Source: Candidatus Poribacteria bacterium (GTDB lineage: Bacteria > Poribacteria > WGA-4E > WGA-3G). From it: a stretch of DNA of 64,000 nt. A program made the translations under genes and the position numbers. Shown piece by piece: positions 19,778 to 29,863 of the stretch (the stretch's first letter is position 1; each line of letters starts with the position of its first letter). Where the stretch lies: positions 1,920,001-1,984,000 of the forward strand of contig OZ242029.1 in the NCBI GenBank assembly GCA_965205015.1, given 5' to 3'. The notes beneath the pieces are model-generated. The model was not told the DNA's origin and ran no database searches. It saw only the letters and a list, made by a program, of their open reading frames with translations.

Positions 19778-21457
19778 CTATTTCTCCTTGGGCTGAATCG
19801 GCAATGCTGGGGGGCCAGACCAATCCGCACCACTATTGCTACCTACGTCCGTCAGTTGGACCTTCGTACGGCTGTCTACATTAATTTTAAAAAGTTGCCT
19901 GATATCTCCAACTTCTGGTAGATGGATTCCCTGCTGATAAATAATTTCATCTCCGTGTGGAGACCATGTCGGATGAAGGGCGTCCGGTCCCTTTTCTGAA
20001 ACGAGTTGGCGCAAATTACTCCCATCTCGGTTGATAACATAAATTGTTTCCTCATCCTGCCAATTCGCTGCGTCTCTAAAATTTAATATGGCTCTCCATT
20101 TGTGTAGGACGAAAGCGATTTGCTCTCCGTCCGGAGACCACGCTGGATAGGACTTAACTGGATACGTCTCTAATTGTGCCAGAACAACCTTCTGTTTGAG
20201 TGTTTGGACATCAAGGAGGCGAAGTTCATAGCCCTGCTTCCGCCAAAGATAGATAAAGGCAATTTCCGTTCCATCTGGAGACCAGGCAGGATCTCCGACG
20301 CTTCCGAAGCCAGTTTCCGCCACAGGCACGACTGATTTGTCATCTAACGTTATAATGTAAAGCACGCCATCGCGCACAGAAGCGATTCGTTTTCCGTCAG
20401 GTGCCCATGTTGCGGAGGATCTGCTGTACCAATTATCAAGAACTTTTCTTATATTGTTTCCGTCTGCGTCCATGAGATAAAGGCTTGATTCTTTTCCTTC
20501 TTCTCGAAAGGAGACAAAGAGAATCTGTTCCCCTGAAGGGGACCACGCAGGGTGAAGATCGCTTGCCGCATCTCGTGTAAGATTCACAGAGTCGCTTCCG
20601 TCTGGGTTCATCGTCCAAATATCCCAATTGTCGTCTCGGTTGGACGAAAATACGACTTTCCCTGTTTTCGGGGTTTTCGTCGCGATGTCGCCTTCAGAAC
20701 TGGACGGCAGCCCGAAACGGTTTGCGTAATGGTACCCGATGCCCAGTATCAATAATATCACAGCAACAGCGGAAACGCCTATGACCCATGGGGCAGGCAA
20801 TTGACTTCCACCAGTGGAAGAGATAGGGGTGATCCGAGAAATTTCACGCATAACGTTCTCCGTGAAATTCGGTGCAATCTGGAAACCACTTAAAGCCTCG
20901 CGGACGATCGGTTCTTCTCTTTTTAAACGCTGCTGCGCACGACGGAGCCGACTCTTAATTGTACCTACCGATGTCCCTAAAAACTCGCTAATCTCTTCAT
21001 GCGTCATTTCTCCAAAGTAATGGAGCATGATGACGGTACGTTCTTTCTCTCGTAATTTCGCAAGCAACTTTTGGACGACTTCACTCTGGGCTTCTGCGGT
21101 CGTCCGTTCGTTTTCCTGAATTACGTATCCCGAATATGTTGCTTTCTCTAATTGCGCGTGGCTCGTGTCTTCCAGAGACTGTGTTGATAAACGTTTCTGA
21201 CGTAGCCACGCAATACAACCGCGCCTCGCTATCACAGAAAGCCAACGAGCAAAACGGTCCGGTTTCTTCAACGTTGCTAACGCCTTGTATGCTTGCAGGA
21301 AGGCATCCTGTGTAATTTCTTCAGCGATGTGAAAGTCTCCGACTTTCCGCCATACAAGCGCGTGAACCGGCTTTTCGTATTTTCTCACGAGCATGGAGAA
21401 GGCGTTTTCATCGCCTGCCAGAACGCGTTGAATTAATTCAACGTCGTCGTTTTTCAT
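19778..21457 (-). CDS. ECF sigma-70 factor fused via a TM helix to a PD40 beta-propeller
   Basis: Region 2 AEEITQDAFLQAY...FARWL; region 4 EEISEFLGTSVGTIKSRLRRA; TM WVIGVSAVAVILLILGIG; WSP repeats. Confidence 0.9.
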   Translation of the reverse strand: MKNDDVELIQRVLAGDENAFSMLVRKYEKPVHALVWRKVGDFHIAEEITQDAFLQAYKALATLKKPDRFARWLSVIARRGCIAWLRQKRLSTQSLEDTSHAQLEKATYSGYVIQENERTTAEAQSEVVQKLLAKLREKERTVIMLHYFGEMTHEEISEFLGTSVGTIKSRLRRAQQRLKREEPIVREALSGFQIAPNFTENVMREISRITPISSTGGSQLPAPWVIGVSAVAVILLILGIGYHYANRFGLPSSSEGDIATKTPKTGKVVFSSNRDDNWDIWTMNPDGSDSVNLTRDAASDLHPAWSPSGEQILFVSFREEGKESSLYLMDADGNNIRKVLDNWYSRSSATWAPDGKRIASVRDGVLYIITLDDKSVVPVAETGFGSVGDPAWSPDGTEIAFIYLWRKQGYELRLLDVQTLKQKVVLAQLETYPVKSYPAWSPDGEQIAFVLHKWRAILNFRDAANWQDEETIYVINRDGSNLRQLVSEKGPDALHPTWSPHGDEIIYQQGIHLPEVGDIRQLFKINVDSRTKVQLTDVGSNSGADWSGPPALPIQPKEK

Positions 21458-21611
21458 CAGGTACCTCCGGAAACGGATAAGTTCATAATTTCGTAATTAA
21501 ATGTATAGTGACGCGACTTAGGGATAAAATAGATGCATAATTCTGCAAAAAAGCGAAGGAATTTTATAGGAAACTCAAAAATTAAACGTCTATCTAAAGA
21601 TTTAATTTTAC

Positions 21612-21641
21612 TTGACATTTAATAATCTAATGCGGTATAAT
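21612..21641 (+). promoter_or_regulatory. sigma70-type promoter
   Basis: TTGACA-18-TATAAT upstream of the ankyrin gene. Confidence 0.6.
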
Positions 21642-21688
21642 AGTTAAACCATATTTAGCAAAAACATGTATAGAAAGAGGAGATACAC

Positions 21689-22966
21689 ATGAAAAATAAA
21701 CAACCATTTATCACGGCCGTGCAAGATGACGACATAGATACAGTCGAGCACCTTTTGACGATTGACAGGACACTCATCGCACATATTGACGCACCATGGT
21801 TCAGTTTCGATGCCCCGGCGATCGTGTTTGCCGCCGCCGCCGGCAATCGCGAACTCATTGAGGTTCTGCTCGATGCTGGTGCTGATATTGATATCAAGAG
21901 CAGTTGGTGGGCAGGCGGCACTTCAGCGTTACAACACGCTACCGGCTCCATGCTAAATTACAACAAAGAACTCGCCGAATACCTGATTGAACGCGGCGCG
22001 ACCATTGACGCGCACGCCGCCGCAGGTTTGGATATGTCCGAGAAGCTTGCCGAACTGATTCGCGAAACGCCCGAGGTCGTCAATGCCCCGGGGAGCGATG
22101 GCATGTCCCCTCTTCATTTCGCTGCGACCCCTCGAATTGCCGAACTTCTGATTACACACGGCGCAGACATGAACCTACGCGATCGCGACCATTACGGGAC
22201 GCCAGCACAATGGACGATGAGAAGACGACCTGAGGTGTGTCGCTATCTCCTTGAACAGGGTGCCGAGACGGATATTGTCCTCTATTGTGCGATGGGTGAC
22301 GTTGAACGGGCGAAGGCGGAATTCGAAAAAAATCCTGAACTCCTCAACCTCCGGATTAATGTCAAATCCCCTAAGGGCTACATTATACCAACGTTGGAAT
22401 CGCCGGATATTGACGACAAACAAACCGATGAAGTCCCCGGTGGACATGTCTATGCCTATCAGGTCGGACCTACCATCCCTCTGCTTGAAATGGCTCTTAA
22501 TTACAATCAGAGCGCAATCGTTGATCTTCTGATTGACGCAGGTTATGAAATCAACTTTCGAGATTGGTATGTGCTTGTTGGGCAGGGACCGAAGCGGTTT
22601 GATACATTGCTGAAGGGGTTGCTTGCCAAAGGGTGGGACATCAACGCCCTTCGGAAACATCGACGTGGAATGTGGGCCCCCTTGCATTGGGTGACGCAAC
22701 GCGGTCTGACCCATGGGATCCTCTGTTTATTGGAAAATGGGGCAGATCCGAATATAACCGATGACAAGGGGCGCACCGCAATGCATATTATTGCGCAAAA
22801 AGGAGTCGGAAAGAACCAGATACAGTTGCTCATAGAATACGGCGGCGATATTAACGTCCGCGATACAGATGGCAAAACACCCCTCGATTATGCGCAAAAA
22901 CCAAAGCGAAAATCTGTTGCAGATTTCCTCACGGAATATGCAAATCAGACAGAGAAAAATGTCTGA
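21689..22966 (+). CDS. Ankyrin repeat protein
   Basis: GMSPLHFAA, LLITHGAD.N, LLENGADPN, GKTPLDYA. Confidence 0.9.
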   Translation: MKNKQPFITAVQDDDIDTVEHLLTIDRTLIAHIDAPWFSFDAPAIVFAAAAGNRELIEVLLDAGADIDIKSSWWAGGTSALQHATGSMLNYNKELAEYLIERGATIDAHAAAGLDMSEKLAELIRETPEVVNAPGSDGMSPLHFAATPRIAELLITHGADMNLRDRDHYGTPAQWTMRRRPEVCRYLLEQGAETDIVLYCAMGDVERAKAEFEKNPELLNLRINVKSPKGYIIPTLESPDIDDKQTDEVPGGHVYAYQVGPTIPLLEMALNYNQSAIVDLLIDAGYEINFRDWYVLVGQGPKRFDTLLKGLLAKGWDINALRKHRRGMWAPLHWVTQRGLTHGILCLLENGADPNITDDKGRTAMHIIAQKGVGKNQIQLLIEYGGDINVRDTDGKTPLDYAQKPKRKSVADFLTEYANQTEKNV

Positions 22967-22973
22967 TTTCGCC

Positions 22974-23003
22974 TTGACATTTTTTATTCGGTTATGATAT
23001 AAT
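22974..23003 (+). promoter_or_regulatory. sigma70-type promoter
   Basis: TTGACA-18-TATAAT upstream of the first Rieske gene. Confidence 0.6.
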
Positions 23004-23054
23004 AATTTGTATGAGTTAAGATAGGCAACACGCAATTGGGAGGAACATAAAACG

Positions 23055-24791
23055 ATGGAACATCAAACACAAAACTGGGTGAAGGTCGCCGAGTTAAGTG
23101 AGGTTTCTGAAGGAAAACCGAAAGCGGTTCAGATGGGAGCAGGGCGTAGTATTGCCCTCTTCAATGTTGACGGAAAAATTTACGCGACGGATAACCAGTG
23201 TCCGCACATGGGATATCCGCTAACACGTGGAACGGTTCGTAATGGCATCCTAACATGTGATTGGCACCGCCGCAGTTTCGATTTGGAAGGTGGTGGTTGT
23301 TTCCATGTGGAATGCGATGATTTGCGCACTTTTCCGGTTGATGTCCGCGGGAACGAGGTTTGGATAGAGCCGGGAGATTTGACGTACCGGCGCGCCGAGG
23401 AACATAAGCAATTGCTACGAGAAGGGCTTTTAAGCGAAGACCGATGGACGATGTCCAAGGCGATTTCGCTGCTCTTAAAAGGGGGTGTGCCGGAAGAAGA
23501 GGTAATGGGGACAATTTTGGAGCACGTCAGTCGCCACATCGCCAGTTCCCACGGAGCGGAAGGCGGAGGTGATGTCTCTCGACTCATCAACGGACTCAGG
23601 GTTGGACGCAGATATACGGATGCCGATAGACTCATTGCCGTTACAACTTCTGCTTGCTCCGCCGCGGGACCCGCATCCGAACGCCTTGAAGTTGTTCCGT
23701 TACCAGAACCTGTCACATGGGAGAAGATAAGCCAGTGGGTCCGCAATTTCTCATACGAAGGGCAATCCGAACGCATTGAGCGATGCTTATTTACAGCATA
23801 TCATAAGGGGGACGCAGATAAGTTGCGTCCATTGCTGTTTGAATGTGCTGTTGAGCCCCATTTTATGGATCTGTCTCATATTCCGCTCTATGTCAGTTAT
23901 CTCTCGGAAGTGATTGATGAATTCGGGTGGGAACGTGCTTCGGAACTCGTATTCTACCTCGGTGCCCAGCTCATTGGACATCGTCCAGAAGAGCCAGAAC
24001 GCTATCGCAGAGACGCAATTCAACTCATGCGTCAGATACTGCCTGCTCTTGAAAATGCTGACTTAGAGCAAACCGATGAATTTGACGAAGATGCTTTTGT
24101 CGAGGCACTCACAAGCGTCAATCTCCAGCGATCATTCGAGGCAGTGCAGACAGTTTTGACTGACGGTGTAAAGTTAGAAAGACTCATTACAACGCTTGTC
24201 CTCCTCGCAGCAGATCGGATGGCACACACGCCTGTGAATGTGGATGCCGGTTGGGAGAACCTAACAACCGAGCTCAACCTCGCCGCCTCTTTGCGGAGTG
24301 CGCAACAGATGGGGGGAAACGAGGTCGCCGCGAAAGGGGTTTTCCATGTTGCGTGGCAAATCTTCGCCGATCGCTGGATAAACATCCCTTCGCGACCCGT
24401 TAGTCAACCGCTGAAGAAAGAAAAACTGGATGTCGCGAACGAGGCAGAGGGAATCAAACATATTGTTGATACAATCGAGACCCTCAATGTCCAAGAGGTA
24501 GGAATCCGTGTCCTTGGCTATCTCAACGCTGGTTACTGTGCCGAACGATTGATTGAAGAGATCGGACATACAGCACTTTGGGATGATACAGGGAGCGAAG
24601 TCCTCCCGACACTCCGCACCGTGTTTGAGGAATGGAAGCATGCCGAAGGACATCCCGCGCAGTCCCAACTCTTAGTCGGATTGGCTCGCTATGTCACAGA
24701 TATACGGTCAAACACCGACAATAAATCTGCCGCAACCACCGCAATACGGTTCGCCGAAGGCAAAACGACAATTGAGGTTTTTGAAGAGTAA
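23055..24791 (+). CDS. Rieske [2Fe-2S] domain + large helical C-terminal domain, paralog 1
   Basis: CPHMGYPL...CDWH Rieske motif; about 470-aa C-terminal region. Confidence 0.85.
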   Translation: MEHQTQNWVKVAELSEVSEGKPKAVQMGAGRSIALFNVDGKIYATDNQCPHMGYPLTRGTVRNGILTCDWHRRSFDLEGGGCFHVECDDLRTFPVDVRGNEVWIEPGDLTYRRAEEHKQLLREGLLSEDRWTMSKAISLLLKGGVPEEEVMGTILEHVSRHIASSHGAEGGGDVSRLINGLRVGRRYTDADRLIAVTTSACSAAGPASERLEVVPLPEPVTWEKISQWVRNFSYEGQSERIERCLFTAYHKGDADKLRPLLFECAVEPHFMDLSHIPLYVSYLSEVIDEFGWERASELVFYLGAQLIGHRPEEPERYRRDAIQLMRQILPALENADLEQTDEFDEDAFVEALTSVNLQRSFEAVQTVLTDGVKLERLITTLVLLAADRMAHTPVNVDAGWENLTTELNLAASLRSAQQMGGNEVAAKGVFHVAWQIFADRWINIPSRPVSQPLKKEKLDVANEAEGIKHIVDTIETLNVQEVGIRVLGYLNAGYCAERLIEEIGHTALWDDTGSEVLPTLRTVFEEWKHAEGHPAQSQLLVGLARYVTDIRSNTDNKSAATTAIRFAEGKTTIEVFEE

Positions 24792-25045
24792 TCACTTGCG
24801 AACTCAAGGAAATGTTGTGAATGAGGGAAAAGCGACGCCGCCATTTTCAGAACCAAACCCCACTTAGGATCGCTGTAAAAAGTGGAAACAGAGGCGCAAT
24901 TGACTATTTACAACGGATTGGTGCCGCAAAAGCATAGAATCCACCGGTATGCTCGACAGCAGGACTTCGTCCAATAAGGACAATTGCAAACAGTGATAAT
25001 CGGGGGCGCGAGCGCTAAGGCGCGCCTGTAGAGGAGAAATATAAA

Positions 25046-26794
25046 ATGTTAAAAGAGAATTCCAATTTCGTCAAAGTTGCTGCGCTCAGTGATGTAGCAG
25101 AGGGAAAACCGAGGGCAGTCAGAGTTGAGGGACATAGCATCGCCCTCTTTCAGCATGAAGGGGCTGTCTACGCAACGGATAACCAATGTCCGCACATGGG
25201 GTATCCACTCGTGAGGGGACGCGTCAGAAAAGGGGTCTTATCCTGCGATTGGCACGGCTGGAGCTACGACATGGAAGGCGGCGGATGCTTCACAGGCGGT
25301 TGTGATGACCTCGCCACATTCCCCGTCGAAGTTCGGAACGGCGATATCTATATAGATGTCGCTAGTGGTGGAAAGAAACGCGACGATGCCCATTTTCTCC
25401 TATTGAAAGAAGGGTTACTTTCCACCGATAACTGGACGCTTTCTAAAGCTATCGCCATTATGTTAGCGAAAGGTGTCTCCGAAGAAGAGACGTTGGAACT
25501 GATGGTGAAGCACATGGGAGGACATATCTCTACAGATAGGGGGGCATTCGAGGGCGGCAGAAAATTGGCAATGATGATGAACGGCGTAAAGGTCGCGCGT
25601 ATGTACCAACCTGAAGACCGACTCATCCCATTGATGATGGCTGCAGATGGGGCATCCGGTAGACTCGGTGATCGACCTGATCGGCAACCACTCCCACCTC
25701 CGGTTGACTGGGAGAAACTGGAAGACTGGATTCGAGTGTTCACCACCGATAAAGAATGGGAGGGTATCGAAAAATGCCTCATCACCGCACGGCGATTAGG
25801 TGGGCATGATAAAAAAATCATTCCGCTCTTCTTTGAATGCGCCGTTGAACCCTTCTTTCTCAATCACTCCCTAAATCTCATTCATCTTGCACACTTGGCT
25901 GAATTATTAGAACAATTTGGTTGGGAGTTGGCTGGGGAGTTAGTCTGCAACCTTGGCGCGAAGATACTTGGGCAAGGACGGGGTAGACCCGGTGAACTTC
26001 ACCGTGAAGCCATCCAAAAACTCGAAGAAATCAATCCAATTTTTGATGAACTTCCACAGGCGTCATCAACTCAGCGTTCCGTTGGCTACAACGAAGATGA
26101 ATTTTCAGCGGCGCTTGTGAGTGGGGATCTTGACGAGGTTTTTGATGCTGTAACGGAAATGCTCACTGCGGGTGTTCCTATTGAAACGTTGGCGACAACG
26201 ATGGTCATGACAGCCGGTGATAGAATGGCGCGCACGCCCGTGAACATGAGTCCCGGTTGGTGGGATCTACAAGAAGAAATGGAAATCGCGTCGACGGTGA
26301 GAAAGGTGCTTCGACACGGCGGAACCAAGGTTGCTGCCAAAGCACTCTATCACGCCGCGTGGCGATTTTTTAACAACCGATGGCTTAACATCCGCCACCA
26401 GCCAATTACGGAATCAAGAACATCTTCAACATCTGTAGTTCTCAATGAAGACACGGCACTCTCCGAAATTATGGAGGGTATTGAATCCGTCCGTATCCAA
26501 GAAATTGGGCGACGTACCCGCGAATATCTCAACGCAGGGTGTTCCGCGGAGCGATTAATGTCTGAAATGGGGTTATGTATCCTCAAGGATGATAACGGCG
26601 ATGATCTCCTCAGTTCGATTCGCATAGTATCCGAGGAATGGAGAACATGTGAAGCGCATCCTTCAAGGAATCAATTGATCGTTGGATTGGCACGATGGGC
26701 AACCGATATTCGCAGAAATGCTGGAAACGATTCCGCCGTGCAAACCGCCCACCGTTTCGCTCGTGGTGAAACCGCAACGGAACTCTATGAATAG
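25046..26794 (+). CDS. Rieske [2Fe-2S] domain + large helical C-terminal domain, paralog 2
   Basis: CPHMGYPL...CDWH; collinear with paralog 1 (FECAVEP, DRMA.TPVN, QL.VGLAR..TDIR). Confidence 0.85.
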   Translation: MLKENSNFVKVAALSDVAEGKPRAVRVEGHSIALFQHEGAVYATDNQCPHMGYPLVRGRVRKGVLSCDWHGWSYDMEGGGCFTGGCDDLATFPVEVRNGDIYIDVASGGKKRDDAHFLLLKEGLLSTDNWTLSKAIAIMLAKGVSEEETLELMVKHMGGHISTDRGAFEGGRKLAMMMNGVKVARMYQPEDRLIPLMMAADGASGRLGDRPDRQPLPPPVDWEKLEDWIRVFTTDKEWEGIEKCLITARRLGGHDKKIIPLFFECAVEPFFLNHSLNLIHLAHLAELLEQFGWELAGELVCNLGAKILGQGRGRPGELHREAIQKLEEINPIFDELPQASSTQRSVGYNEDEFSAALVSGDLDEVFDAVTEMLTAGVPIETLATTMVMTAGDRMARTPVNMSPGWWDLQEEMEIASTVRKVLRHGGTKVAAKALYHAAWRFFNNRWLNIRHQPITESRTSSTSVVLNEDTALSEIMEGIESVRIQEIGRRTREYLNAGCSAERLMSEMGLCILKDDNGDDLLSSIRIVSEEWRTCEAHPSRNQLIVGLARWATDIRRNAGNDSAVQTAHRFARGETATELYE

Positions 26795-26848
26795 TACCAA
26801 TTTAGTGGTATAATAAGGTGAGGTTTCTGTGCCTCACCCTATTTATCT

Positions 26849-27886
26849 TTGCTCATGAAAAATTTGCTTTTTACGCTTCTGTTTAACTTGTTATGCGTGT
26901 CAGTTCACGGTGCAACGTTGGAGTTTGCTTTCCAACTTGGTGAGAAGCAACAGCCACGACTCGACAGACTGCTCCCCGATGTCGCGCGACAAATGACTTT
27001 CAGCAATGATAGCACAAAGTTAATTACAAGAGGAATGGGCGGCACCGTGGTGGAGTGGGATATTCAGAGCCGACAAAAGAGAGAAATAAGCCACATCCAC
27101 GCGAAACGGTGGTTTGCCTATTCCATTGGAACGGATCAAATGTTGGTCCGAGACGCGGATGACAATATCACTATCCTTTCGCTGGGAAGTGGCGATGAAA
27201 CACTACTGACGCATGGACAGTATGAAAGTGGTAGCCTGTCTGCGGAGGGCACACTTGCAGTGTTGTCAAGAGGTGACAACGAAGTTGAAGTTTGGCAACT
27301 CGCAAAGCAGAGTCCAAAAACCGTGAAAAGTGAAGGATCTGCTCATAAGTTGAAAGTGCTTCAGACAAGTTTTCCCGTCAGGAACGGTCTTACACTCTCT
27401 GATAACGGTCAATTCATCGCCGCAGCGGAAGGAACTTATCGAGACAGCGACGGACATCGAACGGCTATTGAGATTTGGAACGCAACCGATGAGCATCCGA
27501 TGAAAGTTTTCAACACGGGCGAGATTTTAGGGGTCTGGAACGTTCGGTTTTCACCGGATACAACCATGTTAGCCGTTGACACGCAAAAGAATGCACAATC
27601 TGGAATCCGAGTTTGGGAAGTTGAAACCGGCAGGCAACTCCTGACAAAATCCGAATTTGAAGCCTATTGGACACGGGCACTTGCCTTCTCGCCAACTTCA
27701 GACTATCTCGCTTCGGGTGATGAATCGGGCGACCTGCAGGTGTGGGACATTTCCGAAGGCGAATCGGTGATTTGGGAAACCTATCCGACCGGTATCCAAG
27801 CGTTAGCCTTCTCGCCAAATGGTGAATATTTGGCAGTCGCACTTTGGGATGCTACCATCCAGATTCTACACTGGAGGAATGAATAA
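26849..27886 (+). CDS. Secreted WD40 repeat protein
   Basis: Signal peptide; LAFSP..YLASG...VWD repeats. Confidence 0.85.
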   Translation: MLMKNLLFTLLFNLLCVSVHGATLEFAFQLGEKQQPRLDRLLPDVARQMTFSNDSTKLITRGMGGTVVEWDIQSRQKREISHIHAKRWFAYSIGTDQMLVRDADDNITILSLGSGDETLLTHGQYESGSLSAEGTLAVLSRGDNEVEVWQLAKQSPKTVKSEGSAHKLKVLQTSFPVRNGLTLSDNGQFIAAAEGTYRDSDGHRTAIEIWNATDEHPMKVFNTGEILGVWNVRFSPDTTMLAVDTQKNAQSGIRVWEVETGRQLLTKSEFEAYWTRALAFSPTSDYLASGDESGDLQVWDISEGESVIWETYPTGIQALAFSPNGEYLAVALWDATIQILHWRNE

Positions 27887-28404
27887 TGAACGATGAGAAA
27901 AATTTGGAAGAGGGATCTTACATAGATGCAAAAGGACGCACACGCTGGCATGAGAACGATGAAATTGCGCTGAAATTCTTGGAACTTCACACTTTCCTGA
28001 TTATTGCCGACTATCCGGAAGATCACGCCTCGCGATATCCATGGTTGTCGAATTATATCTCTCGATTCCCAGAACCGATGTCCGAACTCATCGCCCAAGG
28101 ACGGTTAATAGAGGAAATTCCAGGAGCTGGCGAAGTAGTGGAACAAATTGTTAAGGAATTTCTGGACACGGGGACGAGTGCGAAACTGGAGGAGTTCGCG
28201 GGCGATACGCCACGAACTGTTGTAGAACTTGTGCCTATCCCTGGACTGGGTGCCAAAACAATTAAGCGACTCTATGAAGAGGTCGGTGTAGATAGTCTCG
28301 TTTCACTCCGATCAGCGATTGACGAAGAAAGACTCAAAGGTTTCCGTGGCATCGGCAAAAAGACGTTGCAGAAACTTGAGGCATACCTTGATGAAGTATT
28401 ATAG
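27886..28404 (+). CDS. Stand-alone helix-hairpin-helix protein resembling the PolX N-terminal domains
   Basis: EIPGAG, IPGLGAKT, FRGIGKKT HhH motifs; TAATG overlap with the WD40 gene. Confidence 0.8.
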   Translation: MNDEKNLEEGSYIDAKGRTRWHENDEIALKFLELHTFLIIADYPEDHASRYPWLSNYISRFPEPMSELIAQGRLIEEIPGAGEVVEQIVKEFLDTGTSAKLEEFAGDTPRTVVELVPIPGLGAKTIKRLYEEVGVDSLVSLRSAIDEERLKGFRGIGKKTLQKLEAYLDEVL

Positions 28405-28584
28405 GTTTATCAGCGACATCTGACAACAAATAAACCAATAGGAGAAACTTGGGGCGAGACATCAGGGGTTTGGTGGAAAGAAGTAAACCAAAGTGCGTAG
28501 CTCGTAATGAAATGGAGAACGGACTTGAGAACGGGACATCAAAGTTCAAATCCATGCTGTCTAACCGCAAGGAAAATTAGAAAA

Positions 28585-29052
28585 ATGGCAAATTCATTGA
28601 CAGATGGTGAAATGGTTGATGGTGAGAAACATGGATATTGGGTTACCTATTACGCCAATGGATTCAAGCGAAGTGAAGGGAACTACATTCATGGTAAGAA
28701 GGACGGACCTTGGATCACTTACCACAAAAATGGAAACAAGGCGGGCGATGCCACCTTCCGCGATGGAAAATACGAAGGTCTTTGTGTCACCTACCATGAA
28801 AATGGAAACCTTAGAGCGAAAGGCACCTTTCCGAAACATGTAGGTAAATCCTACGATGGTAAGAAGGAGGGTCCCTTTTACAGTTACGAAGACGATGGCG
28901 AGACGGTGTGGCTAATTGTAACCTACAAGAAAGGGGGGAGCCGCGCCAAACCGGATGAATATCCGCTGGGTGTCTGCGGCGTTTGTGGCGAAGGTAGGCG
29001 TTTAGCCTGGGGAGATACTTGTCCGAAGTGCGGTAACGAACTGGATACATAA
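28585..29052 (+). CDS. MORN-variant (YwqK-like) repeat protein with C-terminal Zn ribbon, copy 1
   Basis: HG.W..YY.NG...EG.Y..G repeats; CGVC...CPKC. Confidence 0.8.
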   Translation: MANSLTDGEMVDGEKHGYWVTYYANGFKRSEGNYIHGKKDGPWITYHKNGNKAGDATFRDGKYEGLCVTYHENGNLRAKGTFPKHVGKSYDGKKEGPFYSYEDDGETVWLIVTYKKGGSRAKPDEYPLGVCGVCGEGRRLAWGDTCPKCGNELDT

Positions 29053-29074
29053 TTTGAAAAAGGAGGCTAAAACC

Positions 29075-29863
29075 ATGAGAGTTATGAATGCTTTGATTGC
29101 TATGATGGTTCTTTTTATTGCAGGAATGTGGGTTCAGGAAAGCACAGCGAAAATCGACCCAGAAACCCTTATGGGGATGTGGCTCTTTGACCACGGAAAA
29201 GGAGATGTGGTCAAAGATTCTTCACCGAACGGGAACGATGGAGAAATCGTTGATGCTAAACGGGTCGACGGGAAGGAAGGCAAGGGAATTGAATTTGACG
29301 GAGCCAGTCATGTGGTTATCCCAGCGAGTAAGACCACCGATGACTTCCTCGATGGATTTACGTATCTGCTCTGGGCAAAACCACTTCGGAATCCTTCCGG
29401 CCCGCACGTTCGACTCATAGAAAGGGATTGGCATAATCCAAACATCCTCATCGGTCCAACCGATTTTTATGGCAGTTTCCTCAAAGGCGGGATAGACAGT
29501 AGTCAAATCCGGGGTGGTACTTGGGAGATGGATGAGTGGAGTTTTGTCGCCTTAACACACGACGGTAAGACGCTTATCCTCTATGTCGATGGCGAAGCGG
29601 TCGCAGATTTAGGTGTCGGAAAACCGGATTTCAGTCAGCAACACGATGGCGGTTCAATCTGGTTAACCCGTTGGAAAGGTGGAGCGGGGTGGGACTTTGC
29701 AGGGGTCCTTGACGAAGTTGCTATTTTCAATACTGCGCTCGGTGAAGATGACCTGAATGCCATTATGGAAAAAGGGCTTGAAAAAGCACTGTCCGTTACC
29801 CCAATTGATAGATTGACAACGACTTGGGGAAACATCAGGAGAACAGCAGTCAGCGGTCAGTAA
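29075..29863 (+). CDS. Secreted LamG/concanavalin-like protein with C-terminal TTTWGNIR
   Basis: Signal peptide; W.FD...KDSSPNGNDG, WSFVALTHDG, LYVDG, GVLDEVAIFN.AL. Confidence 0.88.
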   Translation: MRVMNALIAMMVLFIAGMWVQESTAKIDPETLMGMWLFDHGKGDVVKDSSPNGNDGEIVDAKRVDGKEGKGIEFDGASHVVIPASKTTDDFLDGFTYLLWAKPLRNPSGPHVRLIERDWHNPNILIGPTDFYGSFLKGGIDSSQIRGGTWEMDEWSFVALTHDGKTLILYVDGEAVADLGVGKPDFSQQHDGGSIWLTRWKGGAGWDFAGVLDEVAIFNTALGEDDLNAIMEKGLEKALSVTPIDRLTTTWGNIRRTAVSGQ

